Assembly: GCA_017883965.1 (NCBI GenBank)
Contig: JAFNKG010000001.1
Coordinates: 14,893 to 78,892 of the forward strand
Source of the DNA: Candidatus Methanophagales archaeon
Lineage (GTDB): Archaea; Halobacteriota; Syntropharchaeia; Alkanophagales; Methanospirareceae
DNA: 64,000 bases
Direction of reading: 5' to 3'
Position 1 is the stretch's first letter, and the number at the start of each line of letters is the position of its first letter. Positions 17,885 through 25,500 of the stretch are shown here, one piece after another. The notes beneath the pieces are model-generated. The model had not been told where the DNA came from. It worked only from the letters and a program-made list of their open reading frames with translations, and searched no databases. The translations under genes and the position numbers were made by a program.

Positions 17885-18454
17885 CATCCTTCTCGCTATC
17901 CTCAAATCATCAGGTGTATTTACATTTATGGCAAGCAGGGGGTCATCAAATAAAAAAGGTATCGAATTTTTTGAACTCGTGACCACGTTGATGCCACAAG
18001 AAACGAGTTTTTTACCTTCATGCTCGAACGTGTAGCCAGGGGTTACATTCGGCACTATATTCAGGGGAACAGCACCTGTAATACTAACGCGGTGCGATAA
18101 ATAAGCGTCTATTATCGCATTAATATGCTTGCTTCTTAAAAATGGGATATCGCATGCAACGGATACAAATTCTGGATAACGCAGTAGTAAATATCGTAAA
18201 TCTTCATGGTAACCCTCACCAGGCGTTTCTACTACCACATAACCCACAAGTTTGCAATATTCCGCTGTTTTCGGTGTGTTTTTTGAAATAGCCACGATAA
18301 AATCATCCACTTTTGATTCTCGAACACTTCTTACAACCAAATCAATTAGCCGTTTCTGGTTTCCACTTTCACCGATCTTTATAAGTGCCTTCTCTTCTCC
18401 TTTCCTTCCTGTCATTCTGTTGCTTTTCCCACCCGCGAGAATTATTGCTATCAT
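17876..18454 (-). CDS. NTP-transferase-domain protein (CobY/MobA-like nucleotidyltransferase)
   Basis: MIAIILAGGKSNRMTG...EKALIKIG matches nucleotidyltransferase motifs. The upstream in-frame extension of the ORF track overlaps a conserved intergenic element and was trimmed. Confidence 0.6.
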   Translation of the reverse strand: MIAIILAGGKSNRMTGRKGEEKALIKIGESGNQKRLIDLVVRSVRESKVDDFIVAISKNTPKTAEYCKLVGYVVVETPGEGYHEDLRYLLLRYPEFVSVACDIPFLRSKHINAIIDAYLSHRVSITGAVPLNIVPNVTPGYTFEHEGKKLVSCGINVVTSSKNSIPFLFDDPLLAINVNTPDDLRIARRMLE

Positions 18455-18599
18455 AAACTTTTTTGCTTCGCAAAAACCTTTACTAAAAAAATTTAAAAAA
18501 TTCTTTTGATAAAACTCTTCTTTCAAGAAAAGTTTTATGCGTTTACGGAAAAGAAAAATTTATATGGTTGTAATTCTATATTGAATTGAGGCACTGGAA

Positions 18600-19082
18600 A
18601 TGGCGGTAAAGTCTTCTGCGGATATAGCACGAATATTAAAAGAGAAATGGGATAGAAGCAAGGATAAGGAAGATTGGAGAGTGCTATCAGGACGGAATCC
18701 AAAAGGACGGTATGACATGTTCATCTCCAGCCCTGAGCGTCTGTGGCAGCTAAAAATCGAGCAGACGGGACGCAATGAGGCAATGGGATTTGGCCTGGAA
18801 GTAGGGAAAATAGAAGACGAGATAAAAGAGCTTATGGGGATAGGCGCTCCAGTCCCTTTTGGTTTGATTGCCCCTCAAAAAGCTGATTTAGCCATTATAA
18901 TGGCAGGTATTCAGCAATACTCTTCTGATTCGGCTTATACGCTCTGCAAAGAATATCTCTCAGAAAAGCAAGCGAAACTGGATGAGAAGTTGGACATGGA
19001 GATAGAGCGAATGAGAAGCGACCCCGTGTTAAGAAGAAGATATAAAGAGCAAAAAGAGCGGGAGAAAATCCCTTATTTGTGA
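18600..19082 (+). CDS. hypothetical protein
   Basis: 160 aa. Overlaps the downstream gene start. Confidence 0.45.
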   Translation: MAVKSSADIARILKEKWDRSKDKEDWRVLSGRNPKGRYDMFISSPERLWQLKIEQTGRNEAMGFGLEVGKIEDEIKELMGIGAPVPFGLIAPQKADLAIIMAGIQQYSSDSAYTLCKEYLSEKQAKLDEKLDMEIERMRSDPVLRRRYKEQKEREKIPYL

Positions 19083-19660
19083 TGGTTTTGCATGTAAATA
19101 AAAAGGGGATAAGAGTACTTGGTATTGCAGAAAGTTTCAAGAGAGCCTATGAAAAGTCAGTGCTTGCTGGCATCGTTATGCGTTCCGATTTCATTATAGA
19201 CGGTGTCGCTTTTGACTGTATAACCGTGGGGGGGATGGATGCCACCGAAGGAATATTGCACGTCTTCGATTCTCTTCAGCGAGATGATATAAACGTGATG
19301 ATGCTAAATGGATGCGTCATCAGCTGGTTCAACATTATAGATATAAATGAGGTTTACGAAAAACTGCGGATTCCTCTCATCTGCGTGACTTACGAGGAAT
19401 CCGAGGGTTTGGAAGAACATATAGCCAGGCATTTCGAAGCAAATGAGCGAGATTCACGGATAGAAGCATATAGGAGGCTTGAAAATCGTGTACCTGTGAA
19501 ATTACATGACAATTTCGAGATTTTAATACGATTTTTGGGTATGGAAAAAGCAGAAGCTGGTGCGGTGCTAAAAAAATTCACCTCTCACGGGAAAGTGCCA
19601 GAGCCATTAAGGGTTGCGAAGATAACAGCGAGGGCGGCACTCAAATATTCAGCGGGTTAG
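19079..19660 (+). CDS. DUF99-family (UPF0215-like) archaeal protein
   Basis: 193 aa. Start VLHVNKKGIRVLGIAESF and overall similarity to DUF99. Confidence 0.5.
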   Translation: MMVLHVNKKGIRVLGIAESFKRAYEKSVLAGIVMRSDFIIDGVAFDCITVGGMDATEGILHVFDSLQRDDINVMMLNGCVISWFNIIDINEVYEKLRIPLICVTYEESEGLEEHIARHFEANERDSRIEAYRRLENRVPVKLHDNFEILIRFLGMEKAEAGAVLKKFTSHGKVPEPLRVAKITARAALKYSAG

Positions 19661-19697
19661 CGTGTTGGTGGTTCAGCGGGTTAGCGTGTTGGTGGTT
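19650..19697 (+). repeat. tandem 24-bp direct repeat (cagcgggttagcgtgttggtggtt, two copies); left arm of an inverted repeat flanking the four-helix-bundle gene
   Basis: Exact tandem copies. The first copy overlaps the DUF99 gene stop codon. The inverse copy lies at 20083-20108. Confidence 0.8.
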
Positions 19698-20049
19698 TGG
19701 AATTTATTTTGGAGTAGAAGGAGGAGAGCATTTTTGAAAGTTCTTCTATCTTTGAAGATAAATTACTAAAGTTGTCTTCTTGAATAAAACCCAACTTATA
19801 CGAAATAATTATTTGTGTCTCCAACTCGGCACAAGAACCCCGAGCAATGGTTATAAATTGCTTAAAATCTTTTGCTGTTTTTCGCAAATGCCTTTCTGCA
19901 ATATTAGATGGAATAGAAACCGCTGCCCTTCTCATCTGCGTGCTTAAACCATATTTCTCTTCCTCTGGAAATGTGGCGGTAATTTTATAGACTATCTCTA
20001 CAAGTTCAATCCCTTTTTGCCACACTTTTAATTCCTTAAAACTCTTCAT
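19681..20049 (-). CDS. four-helix-bundle protein (23S rRNA intervening-sequence protein family, TIGR02436-like)
   Basis: 122 aa. KELKVWQKGIELVEIVYK...FPEEEKYGLSTQMRRAAVSIPSNIAE...ARGSCAELETQ matches this family closely. Confidence 0.8.
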   Translation of the reverse strand: MKSFKELKVWQKGIELVEIVYKITATFPEEEKYGLSTQMRRAAVSIPSNIAERHLRKTAKDFKQFITIARGSCAELETQIIISYKLGFIQEDNFSNLSSKIEELSKMLSSFYSKINSKPPTR

Positions 20050-20082
20050 CGTTAATCCTTCTTTTTCATTTATCTAAACCTC

Positions 20083-20108
20083 TGAACCGCTAACCCGCTA
20101 ACCCGCTA
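20083..20108 (+). repeat. right arm of the inverted repeat (gaaccgctaacccgctaacccgctat)
   Basis: Reverse complement agcgggttagcgggttagcgg matches the left-arm core. Overlaps the TFB stop codon. Confidence 0.75.
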
Positions 20109-21059
20109 TAAAAGCACGTCTATATCTAACTGCTCTGATAATTCTTTATATCTGTTCCGTATTGTAACCTCGGTCACACCCGTAACATCAGATACTTCCT
20201 TCTGTGTACGATGTTCACCGCTTAAAATTGCAGCGATGTAAATAGCAGCGGCTGCTATTCCTATCGGTCCTCGCCCGTTGGTCAGCTCCTTTTCCGTTGC
20301 TCGCTTTATTATCTCTATTGCTTTTGAGCTTATCTCACCACTCAAATCGAGCAGAGAGCAGAAACGAGGCACGAAGTCAACAGGAGAAGCAGGCGAAACT
20401 TTCAAGTCGAGCTCCCGTAGAAGAAAGCGATATGCGCGGCTTATTTCCTTCTGCCCAACTCTTGATATTTCCCTGACCTCTTCCAGCGTTCGCGGCACTC
20501 CATACTGCCTACAAGCAATATATAAAATCGCAGTGGTTATACCTTCTATGCTCCGCCCGCGAATCAACCGTTTCTTCATTGCCCTACGATATAACATAGA
20601 CGCCGCCTCGCGGATATTCATCGGCAGTCTAAGCGCACTTGCCATCCGGTCTATCTCGGAGAGCGCGAAAATAAAACTCCTTTCGGTTGTATTCGCAATG
20701 TGTGTCCGTTGTTGCCATTTCTTTAACTTATATTGTCCTTGACCCTGCAAACCCCATGTGACGAGCGTACTCAGTCCCTTGTCGTGTATTCGATACGTCA
20801 TCGGTGCTCCAACCCTCGCCCTTCTTGACGCTTGTTCGAAATCAAAAGCACGCCACTCAGGTCCAAGGTCAACAATGTTCTCTGCTATTACCAGCCCGCA
20901 ATCAGCACAAAAAAGCTCTGCTTTTCCATAATCTCTTACCAAACTCTTGGAGCCACACTCAGGACATTCTTTTACTTTCTCGCCTTCAGCAGTTTCGTCT
21001 TCATCACCTTCTTCCTTCTTATACTTCCCCTTTTCCTCATCACTCTCAGGGGTCACCAT
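20106..21059 (-). CDS. tfb: transcription initiation factor IIB (TFB)
   Basis: N-terminal zinc ribbon CPECGS...CADCG followed by two cyclin-fold repeats. Acidic N-terminal extension. Confidence 0.9.
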   Translation of the reverse strand: MVTPESDEEKGKYKKEEGDEDETAEGEKVKECPECGSKSLVRDYGKAELFCADCGLVIAENIVDLGPEWRAFDFEQASRRARVGAPMTYRIHDKGLSTLVTWGLQGQGQYKLKKWQQRTHIANTTERSFIFALSEIDRMASALRLPMNIREAASMLYRRAMKKRLIRGRSIEGITTAILYIACRQYGVPRTLEEVREISRVGQKEISRAYRFLLRELDLKVSPASPVDFVPRFCSLLDLSGEISSKAIEIIKRATEKELTNGRGPIGIAAAAIYIAAILSGEHRTQKEVSDVTGVTEVTIRNRYKELSEQLDIDVLL

Positions 21060-21095
21060 TTTCTATTTATTTGTCCTTTAATATATATAAATGAA

Positions 21096-21737
21096 CTATC
21101 TATACAAACTTCTTATAAAAAAAGTTTCGACCGTTTTCCACGACCGTCTCACGTAAGAAGGAATATCATCCAGTTCTTTTTCTTTTAGCAGCTCTTTCAG
21201 GAATTGAATGGTTTTCGGGTCCGCAGGATACCCGCTCCCTATCTCTGCCCCTATCTCCGCCTCAAGCTCCCTTATTGACCTATCCCGGTGCACCTTTGCA
21301 ACTATGGATGCAGCACTGACCACCGGGTAGCGTTCATCTGCTTTCCAGTTAGAAATTATTTCAATCACTCCTTTTCCTTCCCTTTCGTAGTTCAACCTAA
21401 GATTAGCAGCGAACCGTTCTGGATTTACATCTGCCGCATCAACAAAAGCCCTCTCCGGCTGAAAATGCATAATCACCGCAGAAAAAAGTTTGACCATGAT
21501 TTCATTTAAAGTATGCCTTTTTCTACCTTCATCTATCTCGCTTGCGGTCATCTCCACGATATGAACCTCAGTCGCTTCTTCTATGAGTTCCGCCAGGTAT
21601 TCCCGCTTCTTCGGGCTCAACTTCTTCGAATCTTTTACACCCATCGCTTTCAGCCCTTCAAAATTCAAAACCCCTGCAACAAACATTGACCCTATCACAG
21701 GACCTTTACCCGCTTCGTCAACCCCTATCTCCCTCAT
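21096..21737 (-). CDS. rnhB: ribonuclease HII
   Basis: MREIGVDEAGKGPVIGSMFVAGV matches the RNase HII N-terminus with the catalytic DEAG. Confidence 0.85.
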   Translation of the reverse strand: MREIGVDEAGKGPVIGSMFVAGVLNFEGLKAMGVKDSKKLSPKKREYLAELIEEATEVHIVEMTASEIDEGRKRHTLNEIMVKLFSAVIMHFQPERAFVDAADVNPERFAANLRLNYEREGKGVIEIISNWKADERYPVVSAASIVAKVHRDRSIRELEAEIGAEIGSGYPADPKTIQFLKELLKEKELDDIPSYVRRSWKTVETFFIRSLYR

Positions 21738-22684
21738 TTCGTGCTTAACTCCAATAAATCATTATATGCAGAGGTAGCGGCGATAGCGCCTTCCGCACAT
21801 GCCACTACTACCTGTCTCACTCCACCTGTTATGTCCCCTGCGGCATATACTCTTTCGAGGTTCGTCCTCTGGCTTTTATCTGCGATTATGTAGCCGTTTT
21901 TATCCATCTCAATACCCATTTGCGCTGCTAATTTATTTACAGGCTCTTCGCCAATTGATATAAACACACCTTCTACCGGAAATTCATCCTCAATCTCACT
22001 CTCTTTATCATAGCTAACAACACTTCTCACTGCTTTATCCCCTTTTATCTCTTTCACCACTGAATTCCACAAGATATGCACACCTGCCTCTTCCAGATTC
22101 TTTTGTAAATACCGCTCTGCCCTGAGCTTTTTCCTTCTATGAATCAGCGTTACCTCGCAGCCGATGTTTTTCAGATACAGAGCTTCTTTAACTGCTGAGT
22201 CCCCTCCCCCTACCACTATTACAGGTTTACCTTTGAAGAAGAAACCATCACAGGTAGCGCAATAGGATATGCCTCTTCCAAGAAATTCCGCCTCTCCCTT
22301 CGCTCCTAATCTCCTGTGTTTAGTTCCCGTGCTTAGTACCACCGCATTCGTAACATAGGAGTCTTTTTCCGTGAATACCACCAGCTCCATCTCTTTCTCA
22401 CTAAGCTCTATTTTTTTAACTTCTTCCAGCTCTTTTATCGCCACATATTCTGCCGCTTGCGCTTTCATCTTTTCCGCCAGTTCCATACCACCTATCCCCT
22501 TGAATCCCGGATAGTTCTCTATCACCGGTGCCTCATTTGATAATCCGCCGCCTATCCCCTTCTCAACCACCAATGTTTCCAATCCGCTTCTCACACTATA
22601 CATCCCGGCAGTCATCCCCGCAGGACCCGCTCCAACAACAATTAAATCGTAATCTTTTTCTTTTTTCATAATGTCGAATCCCAT
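21734..22684 (-). CDS. trxB: thioredoxin-disulfide reductase (FAD/NAD-binding)
   Basis: YDLIVVGAGPAGMTAG FAD motif, CATC redox-active disulfide, GGGDSA NADPH motif. Start trimmed to the internal ATG. The longer ORF-track version runs through tRNA-Val on the other strand. Confidence 0.85.
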   Translation of the reverse strand: MGFDIMKKEKDYDLIVVGAGPAGMTAGMYSVRSGLETLVVEKGIGGGLSNEAPVIENYPGFKGIGGMELAEKMKAQAAEYVAIKELEEVKKIELSEKEMELVVFTEKDSYVTNAVVLSTGTKHRRLGAKGEAEFLGRGISYCATCDGFFFKGKPVIVVGGGDSAVKEALYLKNIGCEVTLIHRRKKLRAERYLQKNLEEAGVHILWNSVVKEIKGDKAVRSVVSYDKESEIEDEFPVEGVFISIGEEPVNKLAAQMGIEMDKNGYIIADKSQRTNLERVYAAGDITGGVRQVVVACAEGAIAATSAYNDLLELSTK

Positions 22685-22747
22685 GAAAATAGAATTAATT
22701 TTATAAGCAGATGCATATCTTATAAATATAAGAATTACCCCATCTAT

Positions 22748-22820
22748 GGGCCCGTGGTCTAGTTGGAATGACGTCGCCTTGACGAGGCGGAGGTCATGCG
22801 TTCGAATCGCATCGGGCCCA
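22748..22820 (+). tRNA. tRNA-Val (anticodon GAC)
   Basis: Cloverleaf folds by hand. 7-bp acceptor stem GGGCCCG/CGGGCCC, anticodon loop UUGACGA, T-loop UUCGAAU. Confidence 0.85.
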
Positions 22821-22861
22821 CCTACACTTCTTGCTTTTTCTAAAAATCCTAATGACAAAAA

Positions 22862-22940
22862 CAAACTTTTTGCTTCGCAATTTAAAAGAAAGATTTGTTT
22901 TGAATTTTGAAACTATGATTTTGGATTTGTTTAGAGTTTA
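22862..22940 (+). repeat. T-rich conserved intergenic element (copy A) containing AAACTTTTTGCTTCGCAA...TTTGTTTTGAATTTTGAAA
   Basis: About 60 of 75 nt are shared with 47936-47995. The core aaactttttgcttcgcaa also occurs at 18455-18485. Confidence 0.6.
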
Positions 22941-22971
22941 GAAATTAAATTTTAGGATTTTCCGCACTTTA

Positions 22972-23277
22972 TTAAGTCCCTTCTTCTTGCGGGCTCAAAT
23001 GCTCAGCACGAATAAATAAATCCTTTTTCCGCTGCCTTTTTCCATCTGATACCTGCACGATATACGCTCTTCCTCGCTCCCCTTTCACCTCGCCAGTCAT
23101 GCCATGAAATCTGTGATGTGGCATACCTTTATGAATGCTTGGGTCTATACGGATGTGCACCCTTTCCCCGGGTTCAAAGCTTTGGATGGCTCTGCTTATC
23201 GGAGACAGTCCCCGCTCTCGCTTTTTCTTACTCAACTTCTTCCTCGTTCTTTTCCGTTCTCCATGTGAGCGTGGCAT
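22972..23277 (-). CDS. rpl21e: 50S ribosomal protein L21e
   Basis: 101 aa. MPRSHGERKRTRKKLSKKKRERG...HHRFHGMTGEV matches the eL21 pattern. Confidence 0.8.
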   Translation of the reverse strand: MPRSHGERKRTRKKLSKKKRERGLSPISRAIQSFEPGERVHIRIDPSIHKGMPHHRFHGMTGEVKGERGRAYIVQVSDGKRQRKKDLFIRAEHLSPQEEGT

Positions 23278-23442
23278 TTCTTCTCTCCCTCAACGTGAGC
23301 TTATTATTTATATTCGTGTGTTATATAAAAAGAACAAAATTAAAAGAATAGCTGGAAGAACTATTCAGTGATGAAATCCGTGATTTAGGGGGAAATATTT
23401 ATAAGGCGGCAATATAAATAGATAATATGGAGGGTGTTGGAA

Positions 23443-24678
23443 ATGCTTATAGAAATGCCAAGGCATACGGAAATATTCGGCTCGGTGAAAATTCACGAGC
23501 TGCAGCGTGTATTAAAACTTGATTCCGGCGGCTTTGAAAATCCACGGGCAAAAGACATCTCCTTCGAAGAAATCAAGGATGTTTTTAGACATCTTGCAAT
23601 CGTTATACCAGTGAAGGATGAAAAAATACATTTGCTGGACGGTGTTTTAAGAGCGATTCCCTTTGACTGCTCTGTTATTGTGGTGTCAAACAGCGGGAGG
23701 GATGCACCGGATACCTACAAAATGGAAAAGGATGTGATAACAAAACTCCACGAGTTCTCACAGCAAGAAATTCTCATCATACACCAGAAAGACCCCGAAT
23801 TGGGCTTTGCTTTTTATGAAGCGGGATACGACCATCTTCTTGATAAGGATGGATTGGTCAGGGATGGCAAGTCGGAGGGTATGATTATAGGCATGATGCT
23901 TGCGAAATCGCTGGGGAAAGACTTTATCGGGTTTGCTGATGCCGACAACTACATTCCGAGTTCTGTGCGTGAGTATGTGTTGGATTATGCAGCAGGATTC
24001 TGTATGTCTGAGTCGCCATACAGCATGGTGCGGCTTCACTGGAGATATAAGCCAAAGGTGGTGGAGGATAAACTTTATTTCAAAAAATGGGGCAGGGTAA
24101 GCGAGACCACAAACAAGTATCTCAATCTTCTGCTCTCAACATGCACGGGATTTGAGACCGGGGTTGTGATAACGGGAAATGCGGGCGAGCATGCGTTGAC
24201 GACAAAGCTCGCGGATATAATGAACTATTCGACCGGCTATTCAGTCGAACCATATCACTTCGTTTATTTGTTTGACGAATTCGGACTGAAGACAGAAGAT
24301 ATAGCGTATCCTGATGCTGTAAGTGCAGGAATTGAGATTTTTCAGATAGAGACGTTAAACCCACACATACACGAAGAAAAAGGGGAGGAGCATATTAATA
24401 ACATGCTGCTTGGCTCACTCCGAACGGTTTACCACAGTAAGCTCTGCAATGATTATGTAAGGCTAAAAGTTCTTGAGGAGCTGGGTGATATTCTGGAGTT
24501 GGAAAAGCCCAAAAAGAACATCATAATGCCCCCTATTGGAGGGATTGATACAAGTAAATTTACAAAAATGCTGGAAAGCAATTCAGAAACATTTGTAAGG
24601 TTTGAACAGGGGGCTATTGTGCGTGAAATAGAAAAGGAGCAGTATTTGAAAGGAGAAGCTTTTCAAATAAGCACATGA
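23443..24678 (+). CDS. mpgS: mannosyl-3-phosphoglycerate synthase (GT55)
   Basis: High similarity along the whole length to Pyrococcus MPGS (EIFGSVKIHELQRV..., IVIPVKDEKIHLLDGVLRAIP, HQKDPELG, FQIETLNPHIHEEKGEEH). Start placed at the ATG at 23443 by homology. Confidence 0.85.
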   Translation: MLIEMPRHTEIFGSVKIHELQRVLKLDSGGFENPRAKDISFEEIKDVFRHLAIVIPVKDEKIHLLDGVLRAIPFDCSVIVVSNSGRDAPDTYKMEKDVITKLHEFSQQEILIIHQKDPELGFAFYEAGYDHLLDKDGLVRDGKSEGMIIGMMLAKSLGKDFIGFADADNYIPSSVREYVLDYAAGFCMSESPYSMVRLHWRYKPKVVEDKLYFKKWGRVSETTNKYLNLLLSTCTGFETGVVITGNAGEHALTTKLADIMNYSTGYSVEPYHFVYLFDEFGLKTEDIAYPDAVSAGIEIFQIETLNPHIHEEKGEEHINNMLLGSLRTVYHSKLCNDYVRLKVLEELGDILELEKPKKNIIMPPIGGIDTSKFTKMLESNSETFVRFEQGAIVREIEKEQYLKGEAFQIST

Positions 24679-25481
24679 AAAAAGTTCTTTTCACAGACCT
24701 TGACGGAACCCTGCTCGACCTCTTTGACTATTCTTACGATGCAGCCCTTCCGGCTCTGGTAGCCTTGAAGAAGAGAAGTATCCCCATCGTGTTTTGCACG
24801 GCGAAAACATTAGCAGAGAACGAATACTACCGGAAGGAGATGGGAATAGAAGACCCTTTTATCGTAGAGAATGGTGGAGCGATTTTCATTCCTGAGAATT
24901 ACTTCTCTTTCGGTTTTGAGTGTGAGGAGAAGAGCAATTACTGCGTTGTTGAACTTGGTGCTTCGTATGGTGAGTTAAGGGGAGCCTTAAAGGAAATCAG
25001 GGAGGAAACAGGATTTAAAATAACCGGTTTTGGCGATATGACCGCAGAAGAGGTTGGAGAAGATGCGAACTTAAGTGTGGAGAAGGCGAAACTTGCGAAG
25101 ATGAAGGAATACAATGAGAGTTTCATCTTTGATGAACCAAAGGAGAAGGAGGCAATTTTGTTTGAGAAAATTAAAGAGAAGGGATTTAAGGTCACTCATG
25201 GGGGAAGGTATTACAACATTCACGGTAAGAACGCGGATAAAGGTAAAGCGGTGAAGATTCTCACAGAGTTCTTCAAGAAGGAATATGGAGAAGTGAAGAG
25301 CATAGGCATTGGAGATAGCATGAATGATATCCCGATGTTGAAAGCAGTGGAGCAGCCAGCGTTGGTAAAGAACAAAAAGGGTGCATGGCTTGATATTTCC
25401 CTGCCAAACCTTTATAAAGCGGAGGGGGAGGGACCGGAAGGCTGGGTTGAGGTCGTGGAAAAGATTATAATCAACAATTAA
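24675..25481 (+). CDS. mpgP: mannosyl-3-phosphoglycerate phosphatase (HAD superfamily)
   Basis: HAD motif I (FTDLDGTLL). Start overlaps the mpgS stop. Conserved mpgS-mpgP gene order. Confidence 0.75.
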   Translation: MKKVLFTDLDGTLLDLFDYSYDAALPALVALKKRSIPIVFCTAKTLAENEYYRKEMGIEDPFIVENGGAIFIPENYFSFGFECEEKSNYCVVELGASYGELRGALKEIREETGFKITGFGDMTAEEVGEDANLSVEKAKLAKMKEYNESFIFDEPKEKEAILFEKIKEKGFKVTHGGRYYNIHGKNADKGKAVKILTEFFKKEYGEVKSIGIGDSMNDIPMLKAVEQPALVKNKKGAWLDISLPNLYKAEGEGPEGWVEVVEKIIINN

Positions 25482-25500
25482 GTGATATTGAAGTAGAGAT

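Noticed and set aside
19650-19697. Possible CRISPR array (24-bp tandem repeat)
   Set aside because: Only two contiguous copies with no spacers and no cas genes. It is better explained as one arm of an inverted repeat.
21734-22864. 376-aa ORF-track version of trxB with a TTG start extending 5' through the tRNA-Val locus
   Set aside because: The N-terminal 60-65 codons overlap tRNA-Val on the opposite strand and lack similarity to TrxB. An internal ATG immediately precedes the FAD-binding motif.
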